Shown here piece by piece: positions 28,676 to 38,152 of a stretch of 64,000 nucleotides of DNA. The position numbers and the translations under genes were made by a program. The stretch is taken from NCBI GenBank assembly GCA_963714085.1, contig OY970229.1:1507540-1571539 (forward strand), read 5' to 3'. A model generated the notes under the pieces. It had not been told where the DNA came from and ran no database searches. It saw only the letters and a list, made by a program, of their open reading frames with translations. Source of the DNA: an uncultured Candidatus Micrarchaeota archaeon. Lineage in GTDB: Archaea; Micrarchaeota; Micrarchaeia; Anstonellales; Bilamarchaeaceae. Position 1 is the first letter of the stretch. Every line of letters starts with the position of its first letter.

Positions 28676-29341
28676 CTACTCCCTCGCCCCGTGCTCCCTG
28701 AGCATCTTCGCGATCTCCATGCGGACGCTGTCCATGAAACCTGTTGTTATTGACTTCAGGGCGGTCGTGCCGTTCCTGTCCTCAGCGTTCACGTCCGCTT
28801 GCGCTGTTAGGAGAAGCCTCGCGACATCCCTGCTCCAGTGGGTGACGGCCTTCCTCAGCGCATTCCCGCCGCTCCTGTCCATCGCGTTCACATTAGCCCC
28901 CCTCCCGATGAGTACGCTCGCGATTTTCTCATCGCCCTCGATGGCGCACCACATCAGCGGCGTCCAGCCGTTCCTGTGCCTCGCGTTCACGTCCGCGTCG
29001 TTCTCCACAAGGAACCCCACGACCTGTCTGCGGCCCCAGAAGACTGCCTCCATCAGGGGAGTCATGCCGTTCCTGCCCCTCGCATTCGGGTCCGCGCCTT
29101 CTGCGACCAGTTCCTGCACGTGGGCGGAATCCCCTTTTTTGGCGGCTTCCAGCAGGTTCGCATCCAGCCTCTCCCGCTCTTCCGGATCCAACAGCTGCCG
29201 CATCGCCATATCGGCTGCCGGCTTGTCGGGCCCGGAGCGATCCCTCGCCTTCCTGAACGCGCTCGCACGGCCCTCGGCAATCGTACCGGGTGCCGGTCTT
29301 TTCACTTCGTTATCGTGCAGTCTGTTTTTCATACCGCCCAC
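28676..29341 (-). CDS. Ankyrin-repeat protein
   Basis: GADPNAR..NGMTPLMEA, NGWTPLMWC, GANVNAMD. Confidence 0.93.
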   Translation of the reverse strand: MGGMKNRLHDNEVKRPAPGTIAEGRASAFRKARDRSGPDKPAADMAMRQLLDPEERERLDANLLEAAKKGDSAHVQELVAEGADPNARGRNGMTPLMEAVFWGRRQVVGFLVENDADVNARHRNGWTPLMWCAIEGDEKIASVLIGRGANVNAMDRSGGNALRKAVTHWSRDVARLLLTAQADVNAEDRNGTTALKSITTGFMDSVRMEIAKMLREHGARE

Positions 29342-30057
29342 TCCTTCCCGCCGTGCGCCCTCAGAACTCCTGCCGCTTTATCGTCCTTACTGCTGATTGC
29401 ATAGCCAAGGGCGGTCCTGCCGTTCTTGTCCCCCGCATTCACGTCCGCCCCCATCTCGATGAGCATCTCCGCGGTATCATCATGTCCCTTGGAGGCGGCC
29501 ATCATCAGCGCCGTCTCCCTGTAGTTGTCCCTCGCATCCACGAGCGCCCCTTTCCTTATCAGCATCCTGGCGGTCTCGGTATCGCCTCTTAAGACGGCAG
29601 ACATCAACACCGTAGTTCCCCAGTTGTCCCTCGCATTCACGTTGGCACCCTTCCCAATCAGGAACTCCGCGACCTCCCTGTGCCCGTTGTATATCGCCCG
29701 TATCAGCGCCGTCTGGTCATTGTCATCCTTCGCGTTCACGTCCGCGCCTTTGCCAACGAGGATTTCCACGAGTTCCTTATGGCCAAAAAGAGCCGCCATC
29801 ATCAGCGGAGTCCGCCGGTCGTAGGTCCTGGCGTTGACATCTGCTCCGTCGTCGATCAGCTGCCTCGCCTCTTCCAGCGCGCCTTCATCCATCCTTTTGA
29901 TGAGCAGGGCGCCGAGCTCGGCCGTTCTATGCAGCGGTTCGCTCCTCGGCCTGAACGCGGCGAGCTCCAGCCGCCTCGCCCTGAGCGTCGCGGCGTTCCG
30001 TCTCCTGCGGGCGTTGGTCCCCCTGAGGGTCTTCCTGTGTCTGCTTCCTGTGTGCAT
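29329..30057 (-). CDS. Ankyrin-repeat protein
   Basis: Five GA[DN]VNA.D-type repeats after an Arg-rich leader. Confidence 0.94.
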   Translation of the reverse strand: MHTGSRHRKTLRGTNARRRRNAATLRARRLELAAFRPRSEPLHRTAELGALLIKRMDEGALEEARQLIDDGADVNARTYDRRTPLMMAALFGHKELVEILVGKGADVNAKDDNDQTALIRAIYNGHREVAEFLIGKGANVNARDNWGTTVLMSAVLRGDTETARMLIRKGALVDARDNYRETALMMAASKGHDDTAEMLIEMGADVNAGDKNGRTALGYAISSKDDKAAGVLRAHGGKEWAV

Positions 30058-30058
30058 T

Positions 30059-30766
30059 TCACTCCGCCCCGTGCCTTTTGAGCACTTCAGCGGTCCGCAT
30101 CTCCCTCTCGCGGAGAGCGGACGACAGCGCGCTCTGGCCGTCTTCGTCCCTCTCGTTCACATTCGCGCCGTGCGCGATGAGGCATTCCACGATGTCGGCA
30201 CGCCCGGTGGCGGCCGCCCTTATCAGCGCGCTCATGCCGCCGATGGCCTTCGCATGCACGTCCGCCCCCTTCCGTATGAGCAGTTCCGCGGCCGGTTTCG
30301 TGCTTGCCCGCATCAGCGCGGTCCAGCCGTACTTGTCCGTCTCATCCACGTCCGCACCGTTCCGTATCAGCAGCATGGCGGTCTCCACGTCCCCGCATTC
30401 GACCGCATACGTCAGCGCATTCCTGCCCTCGAAGTCCAGCATGCCCACTTTGGCCCCTCTCGAGACCAGCAGCCTCGCGATCCCGGTGAATACGTGCTCG
30501 GCCGCATGCATGAGCGGAGTCTTGCCCTCGCGGTCCTGGGAGTCCACGTCCGCACCCGCGGCCAGCAACGCGAGTACCTTCTCCTTCCTGCCTTGCCACG
30601 TGGCCCTGCCCAGCTCGACGTTCATCTGGGCCCGTATGCCTGGGGAATCCCTCAGGATCCGGATCACGTCCAACGCCGGAGGCACCCCGCCCCTTCCGAA
30701 CGGCGAGCGTTTGCGCTGCCCCGGCTCATGATACGCCAATGCATGTGCTCCTGTATTTGTCGCCAT
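30059..30766 (-). CDS. Ankyrin-repeat protein
   Basis: GKTPLMHAA, GRNALTYA, GWTALMRA repeats; ATG at 30766 behind SD ggggtgg. Confidence 0.93.
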   Translation of the reverse strand: MATNTGAHALAYHEPGQRKRSPFGRGGVPPALDVIRILRDSPGIRAQMNVELGRATWQGRKEKVLALLAAGADVDSQDREGKTPLMHAAEHVFTGIARLLVSRGAKVGMLDFEGRNALTYAVECGDVETAMLLIRNGADVDETDKYGWTALMRASTKPAAELLIRKGADVHAKAIGGMSALIRAAATGRADIVECLIAHGANVNERDEDGQSALSSALREREMRTAEVLKRHGAE

Positions 30767-30770
30767 GGTC

Positions 30771-30867
30771 CCACCCCTAAAAGCCATTTCTTACGAATAG
30801 TCCTGTTTTGAGGACATGTGTTTTTAAACACATTTTTCTGTGTTCGTGGCGGGAAAAAAAACACGCC
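30771..30867 (-). promoter_or_regulatory. Duplicated terminator + TATA + SD module, copy B
   Basis: Diverged copy of 28566..28661, directly upstream of the first ankyrin gene. Confidence 0.75.
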
Positions 30868-30889
30868 TGCGCGGAATAAGGAACAGCGC

Positions 30890-31393
30890 TCAGTAGAGCC
30901 TGATCTTCCTCTCGGGCGTGTCGGCCCAGACGCTTATCGTCGCGAATCCGGGCTTCCCGGACGCCTCGCGCCTCGTCACGCGGAACTGCGCCTCGGGGTC
31001 CATCCTGCACTCCATTGATTGGCCCGGCCCCAGCGCCTGCTTGCGCACATACTTATCATCCACGTAAAGCTCGCAGACCAGCCTGCCCGCGCGGTTGAAG
31101 CCGGAGAAGAAGACGCGGAATTCCATTTTCCTGCTGCGGAGGGCGATGCTGTCGCCCGCGCCAACCCCCAGGCCGACGCCCGGGACCATCGCGCCATAGC
31201 CCATGCTCAGGTCGATCAGCCTCAGCGGCTCCCCGCATCTCCTGGATACCTTTGTTTGCACGTCTCCGGCCTTATCCAGAAAGCGCATAAGCTCCGTCCT
31301 TATCTCGCGGTTCCCATGCTTCATGCAGCGTTCCTTCGCCGCGCCGGACAGGATGCCCTGGCGAAGAGGATGCCTCCCTTTGTGAGTTGTCAT
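30890..31393 (-). CDS. Hypothetical protein (167 aa)
   Basis: SD aggag upstream; no recognised motif. Confidence 0.65.
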   Translation of the reverse strand: MTTHKGRHPLRQGILSGAAKERCMKHGNREIRTELMRFLDKAGDVQTKVSRRCGEPLRLIDLSMGYGAMVPGVGLGVGAGDSIALRSRKMEFRVFFSGFNRAGRLVCELYVDDKYVRKQALGPGQSMECRMDPEAQFRVTRREASGKPGFATISVWADTPERKIRLY

Positions 31394-31446
31394 TATCTCC
31401 TATTAATTAGAACCATTAAAAAACCTGATTAACAAAATGCATCGGT

Positions 31447-32310
31447 TCAGACCACCGCGACGAGGTAGCCTGCCAGGCCGAGGAACAGCGCGACCAGGCT
31501 GGCGTTCCTCGCCTCTTTTAGCGCTCCAGGCGTCCCCTCCCCGTGGACGATTATCAGCCTGGCGGTGGACCAGAGTATCGCAGCGTCCGCGAGCAGCACG
31601 CAGGCGCCCGGGACGATGCCGAACCTGAGCCCGAAGTCGAAGGGCGCCAGGCTCATCGGTATGAAGACGGCGTACAATATCGTGGACAGGAGGATGGTGT
31701 TCCTCGCGCCTATCAGCATGGGGAGCGTCCTGGCGCCCCTCGCCGCGAGATCGCCCTTCATGTCCTGCACGGTCTTGAGCATCTCCCGCGCCAGGCCGGA
31801 CACGAACCCGATCGATGCCAGCACGACCGCCACCGGCACGAGCCTGGAGGAGACCACGAAGTCGCCGAATATGAACGGTATGGCCATTGTGAGCGCGATG
31901 TAGGCGTTCCCGACGAGCGGCAGCTCCTTCAGCTTCCAGTTGTAGAGCACGGCCAGGGCGTTGAACACGAGCGCGATGATGAAGGCCGGCATGTTTATGA
32001 AATAGGACAGTATGAGCGATTCGCAGATGCAGAGCATGGAGAACCAGAGGGCGAACGTCCTGCTTATCGTACCCTTCACCAGCGGCCGCTCGGTCTCGCC
32101 GTTTATCCTGTCGCTCTCCACGTCCAGGTAGTCGTTGAGCGCGAACGAGCCGGCCTCGCTCAGCATCGGGACCAGCAAGGACAGGATTATCGGGATCGTG
32201 AGCGGCGGCAACGAGCCGATGATGACCGCCTCGCCGATTAGCACCGCGATGGCGAGCATGATCGCGTGCTCGAAGCGCGTGAGGCGCCACAATTCCTTAA
32301 GGAAACCCAT
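31447..32310 (-). CDS. UbiA-family prenyltransferase, probable digeranylgeranylglyceryl phosphate synthase
   Basis: LNDYLDVESDRIN..RPL..G and REMLKTVQDMKGD...TLP motifs; multi-TM. Confidence 0.88.
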   Translation of the reverse strand: MGFLKELWRLTRFEHAIMLAIAVLIGEAVIIGSLPPLTIPIILSLLVPMLSEAGSFALNDYLDVESDRINGETERPLVKGTISRTFALWFSMLCICESLILSYFINMPAFIIALVFNALAVLYNWKLKELPLVGNAYIALTMAIPFIFGDFVVSSRLVPVAVVLASIGFVSGLAREMLKTVQDMKGDLAARGARTLPMLIGARNTILLSTILYAVFIPMSLAPFDFGLRFGIVPGACVLLADAAILWSTARLIIVHGEGTPGALKEARNASLVALFLGLAGYLVAVV

Positions 32311-32425
32311 GGCATCCTCTTGGGGAGGAGGATTAAAAAATATTGGCAAATGTCATCGGTCCGGCTTCTGGAGCAGCGAAGAAACGTTTATAAAGCACAA
32401 TCCTGAGTACTAACTCGGTGAATCT

Positions 32426-33106
32426 ATGGGTTTTATGGAAACGTTGCAGGCTGCGGTTAACGTGGAAGGCGTTAAACTCGCTGCGGGTCTTGCTGATTTG
32501 CTGCCCCGCATGCTATTGGCCATCATACTCATCCTCCTTGGATGGGTCGTGGCGCTGCTGTTGAAGCGGCTCGTGCTGAAGATACTCAAGGGACTCAAAT
32601 TCGAGGACTACCTCAAGTCCCAGAGCTTGGACAAGGCGCTGGGCGCCATAGTGGTCAGCGACGTGCTGGCCCTCATCGTATACTACTATACGCTGGTCCT
32701 GTTCTTCCAGTCCGCCTTCGACCTGGTGTACCTCACCGGGCTGGCGGTGTTCATCGGCGAGATCCTCGCATACGTGCCGGTCGTGATCGGCGCGGTGCTC
32801 ATCCTGCTGCTGGCCACCATTTTGGGCGAGTACGTGAAGCTCATCGTACTCCAGCTTGACGAGAAGTCAGGAACGGTCCAGGTGGGCGCCAGGCTGGTGA
32901 AGCTGCTGGTGATGTACATCGGCGCGGTGATGGCGCTGTCCATACTCGGCTTCAACACCGAGATACTGAACGCGCTGTTCATAACCGTCGCGCAGGCAGT
33001 GTTCTTCGGCATAGCGCTCGCATGTGCAATCGCCTTCGGCCTCGGGGGGCAGGATGCAGCCAAGGACTGGATAAAGACCGCGAGGACCAAGGTCCTCAAG
33101 GCGTAA
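32426..33106 (+). CDS. Membrane protein with MscS-associated TM-helix repeats
   Basis: LPRMLLAIILILLGW.VA and YVP.VIGAVLILL repeats; AIAFGLGGQD. Confidence 0.8.
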   Translation: MGFMETLQAAVNVEGVKLAAGLADLLPRMLLAIILILLGWVVALLLKRLVLKILKGLKFEDYLKSQSLDKALGAIVVSDVLALIVYYYTLVLFFQSAFDLVYLTGLAVFIGEILAYVPVVIGAVLILLLATILGEYVKLIVLQLDEKSGTVQVGARLVKLLVMYIGAVMALSILGFNTEILNALFITVAQAVFFGIALACAIAFGLGGQDAAKDWIKTARTKVLKA

Positions 33107-33161
33107 AATCCTTTTTTTCTTTTCTACTTCTTTTATAATTCTTGTTGGAGTAGCTTCACCC

Positions 33162-34112
33162 ATGGCCGACAAGTATAAAGTCAGGATAATCTCCCCGGCG
33201 CAGAAGGACCGGCTCATGGCGCGGTTGCACTCGGCCGGGCTCTACGAGTGGAAGGCCGCGATCCACGGCACGTGCGTCAAGTTCTTCACGGACAGCAGCC
33301 TCTTCAAGCAGATGTGGGAGGAGAACTTCGAGGCAATGCCGGAATCCATACGGCCCCACGCGAGGCTCTTCGCGGTCTGCGGCCGCGGCCTGAAAGTCCT
33401 CTACGACCCGCTCTCCAAGACCGCGATAGTGCAGGACTGCGACTACTACGGATGGATAAAGAGCATCGCCCTGGGGCTGGTCGGGGACTTCCTCGAGGAT
33501 TTCCCGTCCGAGCACAGGAGGTTCTCCGTGCACGGCTCCTTCGTGGACTGCGGAGGCAGGGGCGTGGCGATAATCGGCCCGCCCAAAAGCGGCAAGACCA
33601 CGCTCACCTACGGCCTGCTCCTGGACGAGCGCAACAACTTCCTCACGGACGACTGGTTCTTCGTGCGCCTGGCCGGCAGGGAGACGCTCGCGTTCTCCGC
33701 GGAGAAGAACTCCTACATAGGCGCGGACCTGGCGCAGAACTGGCCCCAGTTCGCGAAGAGGCTCCAAGGCATCCAGAGGGACAACCGCGAGCGCGCCATA
33801 GTGGACGTGAACCGCTTCTTCGGCGAAGACCGCGTGCGCACGGAGAGCGCGCTCAAGCTCATAGTGCTGCTCACCAGGGAGAAGGGCAGGCCGCCGCTGC
33901 GGAAGCTCTCGACCGAGCAGGCGGTGGGCTTCATGGCCAGGCACGATTTCTGCAACCCGCACCAGCTCGTGCGCAGCAAAGCCAAGCTGCGGCTCAGGAA
34001 GAAATTCTTCAGGGAGCTCTTCTCCCGCTCGCCGGTCTACCTGCTCAACACAATCGAGACTCCGGCCGCGTCCCTCGAAAGATTGAAAAAACTGACCAGG
34101 CAGATTGATTGA
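33162..34112 (+). CDS. HPr kinase/PEPCK-like P-loop protein
   Basis: VHGSFVD...GVAIIGPPKSGKTT...FLTDDW. Confidence 0.8.
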   Translation: MADKYKVRIISPAQKDRLMARLHSAGLYEWKAAIHGTCVKFFTDSSLFKQMWEENFEAMPESIRPHARLFAVCGRGLKVLYDPLSKTAIVQDCDYYGWIKSIALGLVGDFLEDFPSEHRRFSVHGSFVDCGGRGVAIIGPPKSGKTTLTYGLLLDERNNFLTDDWFFVRLAGRETLAFSAEKNSYIGADLAQNWPQFAKRLQGIQRDNRERAIVDVNRFFGEDRVRTESALKLIVLLTREKGRPPLRKLSTEQAVGFMARHDFCNPHQLVRSKAKLRLRKKFFRELFSRSPVYLLNTIETPAASLERLKKLTRQID

Positions 34113-34114
34113 CT

Positions 34115-34948
34115 ATGAAGGTCGGCTTGGTCCAGATGGGAATGAGCGCCGATGCGGCGGAGAACCGGAGGCGGGCGGTAGAGGGCATAAAGGACGCGGC
34201 GCAAAAAGGCGCGAAGATAATCTGCCTCCCCGAGCTCTTCACATCCCGGTATTTCCCCCAGGACGAGCGCGCGGAAGCGTTCTCGGAGAAGATCCCTGGC
34301 GAGACGACCGCGCTATTGTCCGCCGCGGCCAAGGAAGCAAAGGCAGTCATAATCGCCGGCTCCATCTACGAGAAGGACGGCGGCAAGCTCTACAACACCT
34401 CCGTGGTGTTCGACGAGACCGGGAAGATGCTCGGCAAGTACCGCAAGATGCACATCCCCCAGGACCCTAATTTCTTCGAGCAGAACTATTTCGCGCCCGG
34501 GGACCTGGGCTACAAGATTTTCGAGACTAAATACGGAAAGATAGCGGTTCTCATATGCTACGACCAGTGGTTCCCCGAGGCCGCGCGCATAGTCTCGCTC
34601 ATGGGAGCGGACATGATATTCTACCCCACGGCGATCGGGACCGTTGACGGCGTGGAGCAGAGCGAGGGGAACTGGCAGGACGCCTGGGAGACCGTGCAGC
34701 GCGGCCATGCCATAGCGAACGGCGTGGTCGTCGCAGCGGTGAACCGCGCGGGCAGGGAGGAGAAGATGAGGTTCTGGGGCGGCTCGTTCATCAGCTCCCA
34801 GTTCGGCACCCTGCTCGCCAAGGGGAAGGACAAGGACGAGGTGATCGTAGCTGAAGTGGACCTCTCCATGGGCAAGGCGGTCAAGGAGGGTTGGGGATTC
34901 TTCCACAACAGGCGGCCGGACACCTACTCCAGGATAGTCCAGAAGTGA
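34115..34948 (+). CDS. aguB: N-carbamoylputrescine amidase (carbon-nitrogen hydrolase)
   Basis: CLPELF, YRKMHIP, ICYDQWFPEAAR, YPTAIG; adjacent to agmatine deiminase. Confidence 0.88.
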   Translation: MKVGLVQMGMSADAAENRRRAVEGIKDAAQKGAKIICLPELFTSRYFPQDERAEAFSEKIPGETTALLSAAAKEAKAVIIAGSIYEKDGGKLYNTSVVFDETGKMLGKYRKMHIPQDPNFFEQNYFAPGDLGYKIFETKYGKIAVLICYDQWFPEAARIVSLMGADMIFYPTAIGTVDGVEQSEGNWQDAWETVQRGHAIANGVVVAAVNRAGREEKMRFWGGSFISSQFGTLLAKGKDKDEVIVAEVDLSMGKAVKEGWGFFHNRRPDTYSRIVQK

Positions 34949-34953
34949 TCAGG

Positions 34954-35952
34954 ATGCAATACCGCATGCCCGCGGAATGGGAGCCGCACGATGCCACGTG
35001 GCTCAGCTGGCCCAATAACCCCGAGACGTTCCCGCAAGGGGTCATAGAGCGCGTGGAGAAGACATTCGCTCAGATAGCCGCCGCGCTGCAGGAGAACGAG
35101 AAAGTCAACATCCTGGTGAACGACTCCGACTGGGAGCGCAAGGCCCGCGCGGTCCTTGAGAGGGAAGGCGCGGGGGAAGGGAACATCAGGTTTTTCCGCA
35201 TCAAAAGCGCGGATGTGTGGGTCAGGGATTACTCTCCCATCTTCGTGAAGAACGGGAAGGGCGCGGTGCTCGCGGCCAAATGGGTGTACAACGCATACGG
35301 CAACAAATACGAGGACCTGCTCTACGACAACCAGACCGGCGACACGATCGCAAAAGAGTCGGGGAAGGGGATCCTGAGGCCGCTCATCGTGCTCGAGGGC
35401 GGCTCCGTGGACGTGAACGGCGAGGGCCGCATGCTCACCACCGAGCAGTGCCTCCTGAACAAGAACCGGAATCCGTTGCTGGCCAAAGCGCAGATCGAGA
35501 AGTTCCTCAGCGACTATCTGGGCGCAAAAGACATCATATGGCTCAAGGAAGGCATAGAGGGGGACGACACGGACGGCCATGTGGACGACATCACGCGGTT
35601 CGTAGGCCGGAACGCGGTCGTCACTGCTTCGGAAGCGAATCCGCAGGATGAGAATTATAAGATCCTGAAACAGAACCTGGAGATACTGAAAGGGACCGGC
35701 CTGGAAATCATAGAGCTGCCCATGCCTGAAAAATTGGAAATCCCGGAGCGGAGTCTGCCGGTGAGCTATGCCAACTTCTATATAGCCAACAAGCGCGTCC
35801 TGCTCCCGGTGTTCAAGGACAGGAACGACAAGAAGGCGGTCGAGATCCTGCAGACATGTTTCCCTGGCAGGGAGGTCATCCCGATAGAGGCCCGGGACCT
35901 GGTCTACGGATACGGCGGCATACACTGCGCGACCATGCAGCAGCCGCTCTGA
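34954..35952 (+). CDS. aguA: Agmatine deiminase
   Basis: RMPAEWEPH, W.RD, LEGGS, DDTDGHVDD, SYANFY, GGIHCATMQQP. Confidence 0.94.
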   Translation: MQYRMPAEWEPHDATWLSWPNNPETFPQGVIERVEKTFAQIAAALQENEKVNILVNDSDWERKARAVLEREGAGEGNIRFFRIKSADVWVRDYSPIFVKNGKGAVLAAKWVYNAYGNKYEDLLYDNQTGDTIAKESGKGILRPLIVLEGGSVDVNGEGRMLTTEQCLLNKNRNPLLAKAQIEKFLSDYLGAKDIIWLKEGIEGDDTDGHVDDITRFVGRNAVVTASEANPQDENYKILKQNLEILKGTGLEIIELPMPEKLEIPERSLPVSYANFYIANKRVLLPVFKDRNDKKAVEILQTCFPGREVIPIEARDLVYGYGGIHCATMQQPL

Positions 35953-35955
35953 CTT

Positions 35956-36144
35956 TCATTCTGACGTTTCAGCCGGTTTGCCTTTATTGGTTTTGGCCGA
36001 CTCCAAACGAATGGCCATGGTAAGATATCTCTTATCCCGTGCCATGTCCTGTGCCAGTTTTTCTACCGCGCGGGAAGGATATACATCACCATACAACCTG
36101 TGTACCACTTCCCTCATTCGGCCTACCCTGGCTTTGGTTGTCAT
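35956..36144 (-). CDS. Small hypothetical protein (62 aa, lower GC)
   Basis: Fills the gap between genes, with its own tttaaat promoter-like element. Confidence 0.5.
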   Translation of the reverse strand: MTTKARVGRMREVVHRLYGDVYPSRAVEKLAQDMARDKRYLTMAIRLESAKTNKGKPAETSE

Positions 36145-36203
36145 GCTGTGATTACCCGTTTTATCTATTTAAATCTTCCCTTTTTATTATCTTTTTTAAC
36201 ACT

Positions 36204-36980
36204 TTATAAACCCTTGCCCTGCTTCAAATGCTTCAAAAAGTAGTCCTTCATCAGATTCTCCTGGAACTGCCTGTTGGAGGAATAGCCGAACCTCTCCTTC
36301 AGCTGGAGCAGGTACGGGTGCGGCGAGAAGTGCGGCACGGTTATGGCATAGCCCTCCATGTCTATGGACGCGCTCTTGAGCGTCGCGCCCCCGTACTTGC
36401 CGTAGACGCTCTTGAACTGCGAGGACGTCATCACCTGCTCTTTTGTGACTATCCTGTTCCTCACCTCGCTGTTCGTGAAATTGAAGGAGATGCGCCTCTT
36501 CTCCAGCTCGCCGCTGAGCAGGTTCCGGAACGATTTCTCCATGTCGACCTTTATCGTGACGTTCTCCCCGTCCGCGACGGTGCTGAACTCCCCTGGCGCG
36601 AAATGGGCGAGCACGAAGGACGTGAAGAACTCCTTGCCCTCGCGGTGGTTCACGGACTTCGAGAACACCACCAGGTTCTCCCCCCAGAAGAAGAGCGAGC
36701 GCATGGAGCCGTGGCTGAACATGTTGCCCAGGCGCTCGCCGTCGAGCATGATGGGCTGGAAATAGTTCTGCGGCACGGACATGGGAGCACGGGCCTCGAA
36801 CATGGGGAAGACGAGCTTGACCGGCCATTTTACGGTCGCGATCAGGCCTCTGGCTATGGGCCGGATGCTCTCCACCATCTCCCTGGAGAACTCCAGCCTC
36901 GCTCTGTCGTCCTCGAGCATCTTGTCCAGCAGGACCTTGTATTCGTCCGAAGCCTTCGCTTTCTCGCAGATGTCGCACAT
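36204..36980 (-). CDS. Hypothetical protein with N-terminal CxxC
   Basis: MCDICEKA...; genome-typical codon usage. Confidence 0.75.
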   Translation of the reverse strand: MCDICEKAKASDEYKVLLDKMLEDDRARLEFSREMVESIRPIARGLIATVKWPVKLVFPMFEARAPMSVPQNYFQPIMLDGERLGNMFSHGSMRSLFFWGENLVVFSKSVNHREGKEFFTSFVLAHFAPGEFSTVADGENVTIKVDMEKSFRNLLSGELEKRRISFNFTNSEVRNRIVTKEQVMTSSQFKSVYGKYGGATLKSASIDMEGYAITVPHFSPHPYLLQLKERFGYSSNRQFQENLMKDYFLKHLKQGKGL

Positions 36981-37051
36981 GGAACCGACAATGAAAGCTC
37001 GGTTCAGCTTTTTAAAATTACTTATCCAATGTAATCCCACAGGGATGACGA

Positions 37052-38140
37052 ATGGATGAGCAACAGAAGAAGATTTACACCATAATAGGCTCCATCGTAA
37101 TGCTCGGCAGCCTGTTCTACGGCATGCAGTTCCTCGCGAGGAACTCCGGCCAGACCGTGCTCACCGGAAGCACGCTCTCCGGAACCACGGTGTTCAACGG
37201 CACCATAAGGACCTACGAGCCCATGCTCATAGTGCCGAGCATGCCCGATTCGCTTGTCAGCGCCCTGCGCAGCGACGACCGCGTCAAAGCCGTAACCGGA
37301 GGCGCTTCCGGCTACCTCATCAACGTAAGCACCCGCGACGACGTCTTCTCCCTGGCACAGGACCTGCAGGCGCAGAACGTGAACTCGAGCGCGATAGCGG
37401 ACATCATGCTGCCTGTGCAGCTGGACGTGCGCTACGGCAACGCGACCGACCAGATGGTGAATGCCTCGGGCAGCATCGGCATCTGGACCGAGCCTTTCGT
37501 GGACATAGGCAGCGATGTGGTCGTCCACATGACGGCCGTCACGCAGAGCGGGGTCCTGGTCTCCTACTCGTCGCCAATCCTCGTCTCCAACGATGTGTCG
37601 GTGACCGCCAACGCGACCGTGGTCTCGTTCACCGGCAAGAAATACACGTTCATCGTAGCGTGGGAGAACCGCAGCTCCGTGGACAAGGCCTCCCTCTCCG
37701 CACTTTACGGCAATGGCAGCGTCATCTACTCGCGCAACGACTTCGTATCCTTCCAGCCCGCGCTCAACGTCTCGCAGATAAACGCGACCAGGTCGCTGCC
37801 CTACATAACATACATATCCGACACCGGGGCCTCGGTGAGCGCCAACTTCACGGACATGAACAGGACGGTCTCGGATTTCAACAGCACGGCCGTGTCCTTC
37901 CCGGATTCGGAGCTTGACATCGTGACCAACCAGTCCGTGAGCCTGCCTTACCCGGGGAACGCGAGCTATGGATACGTGATATCGCTCCCTTCCAGCGCGG
38001 GCGGTTATTCCCTGAATCCGCAGCCCCTGATCATAGCCCTTCCCGCCCAGTACGGCGTTAATGACACGGTGAGCGTCCTGGTGAACGGCACTGCCATGGG
38101 CGGCGCGATCGTCCGGATAAACAGCGTCGGGCCGGGCTAG
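37052..38140 (+). CDS. Membrane-anchored beta-rich surface glycoprotein
   Basis: N-terminal TM; many N-x-S/T sequons; Ser/Thr/Val rich. Confidence 0.75.
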   Translation: MDEQQKKIYTIIGSIVMLGSLFYGMQFLARNSGQTVLTGSTLSGTTVFNGTIRTYEPMLIVPSMPDSLVSALRSDDRVKAVTGGASGYLINVSTRDDVFSLAQDLQAQNVNSSAIADIMLPVQLDVRYGNATDQMVNASGSIGIWTEPFVDIGSDVVVHMTAVTQSGVLVSYSSPILVSNDVSVTANATVVSFTGKKYTFIVAWENRSSVDKASLSALYGNGSVIYSRNDFVSFQPALNVSQINATRSLPYITYISDTGASVSANFTDMNRTVSDFNSTAVSFPDSELDIVTNQSVSLPYPGNASYGYVISLPSSAGGYSLNPQPLIIALPAQYGVNDTVSVLVNGTAMGGAIVRINSVGPG

Positions 38141-38152
38141 CGGGTTGATGGC

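Noticed and set aside
27387..30766. Diversity-generating retroelement acting on the ankyrin genes
   Set aside because: No reverse transcriptase and no template/variable repeat pair differing only at adenines.
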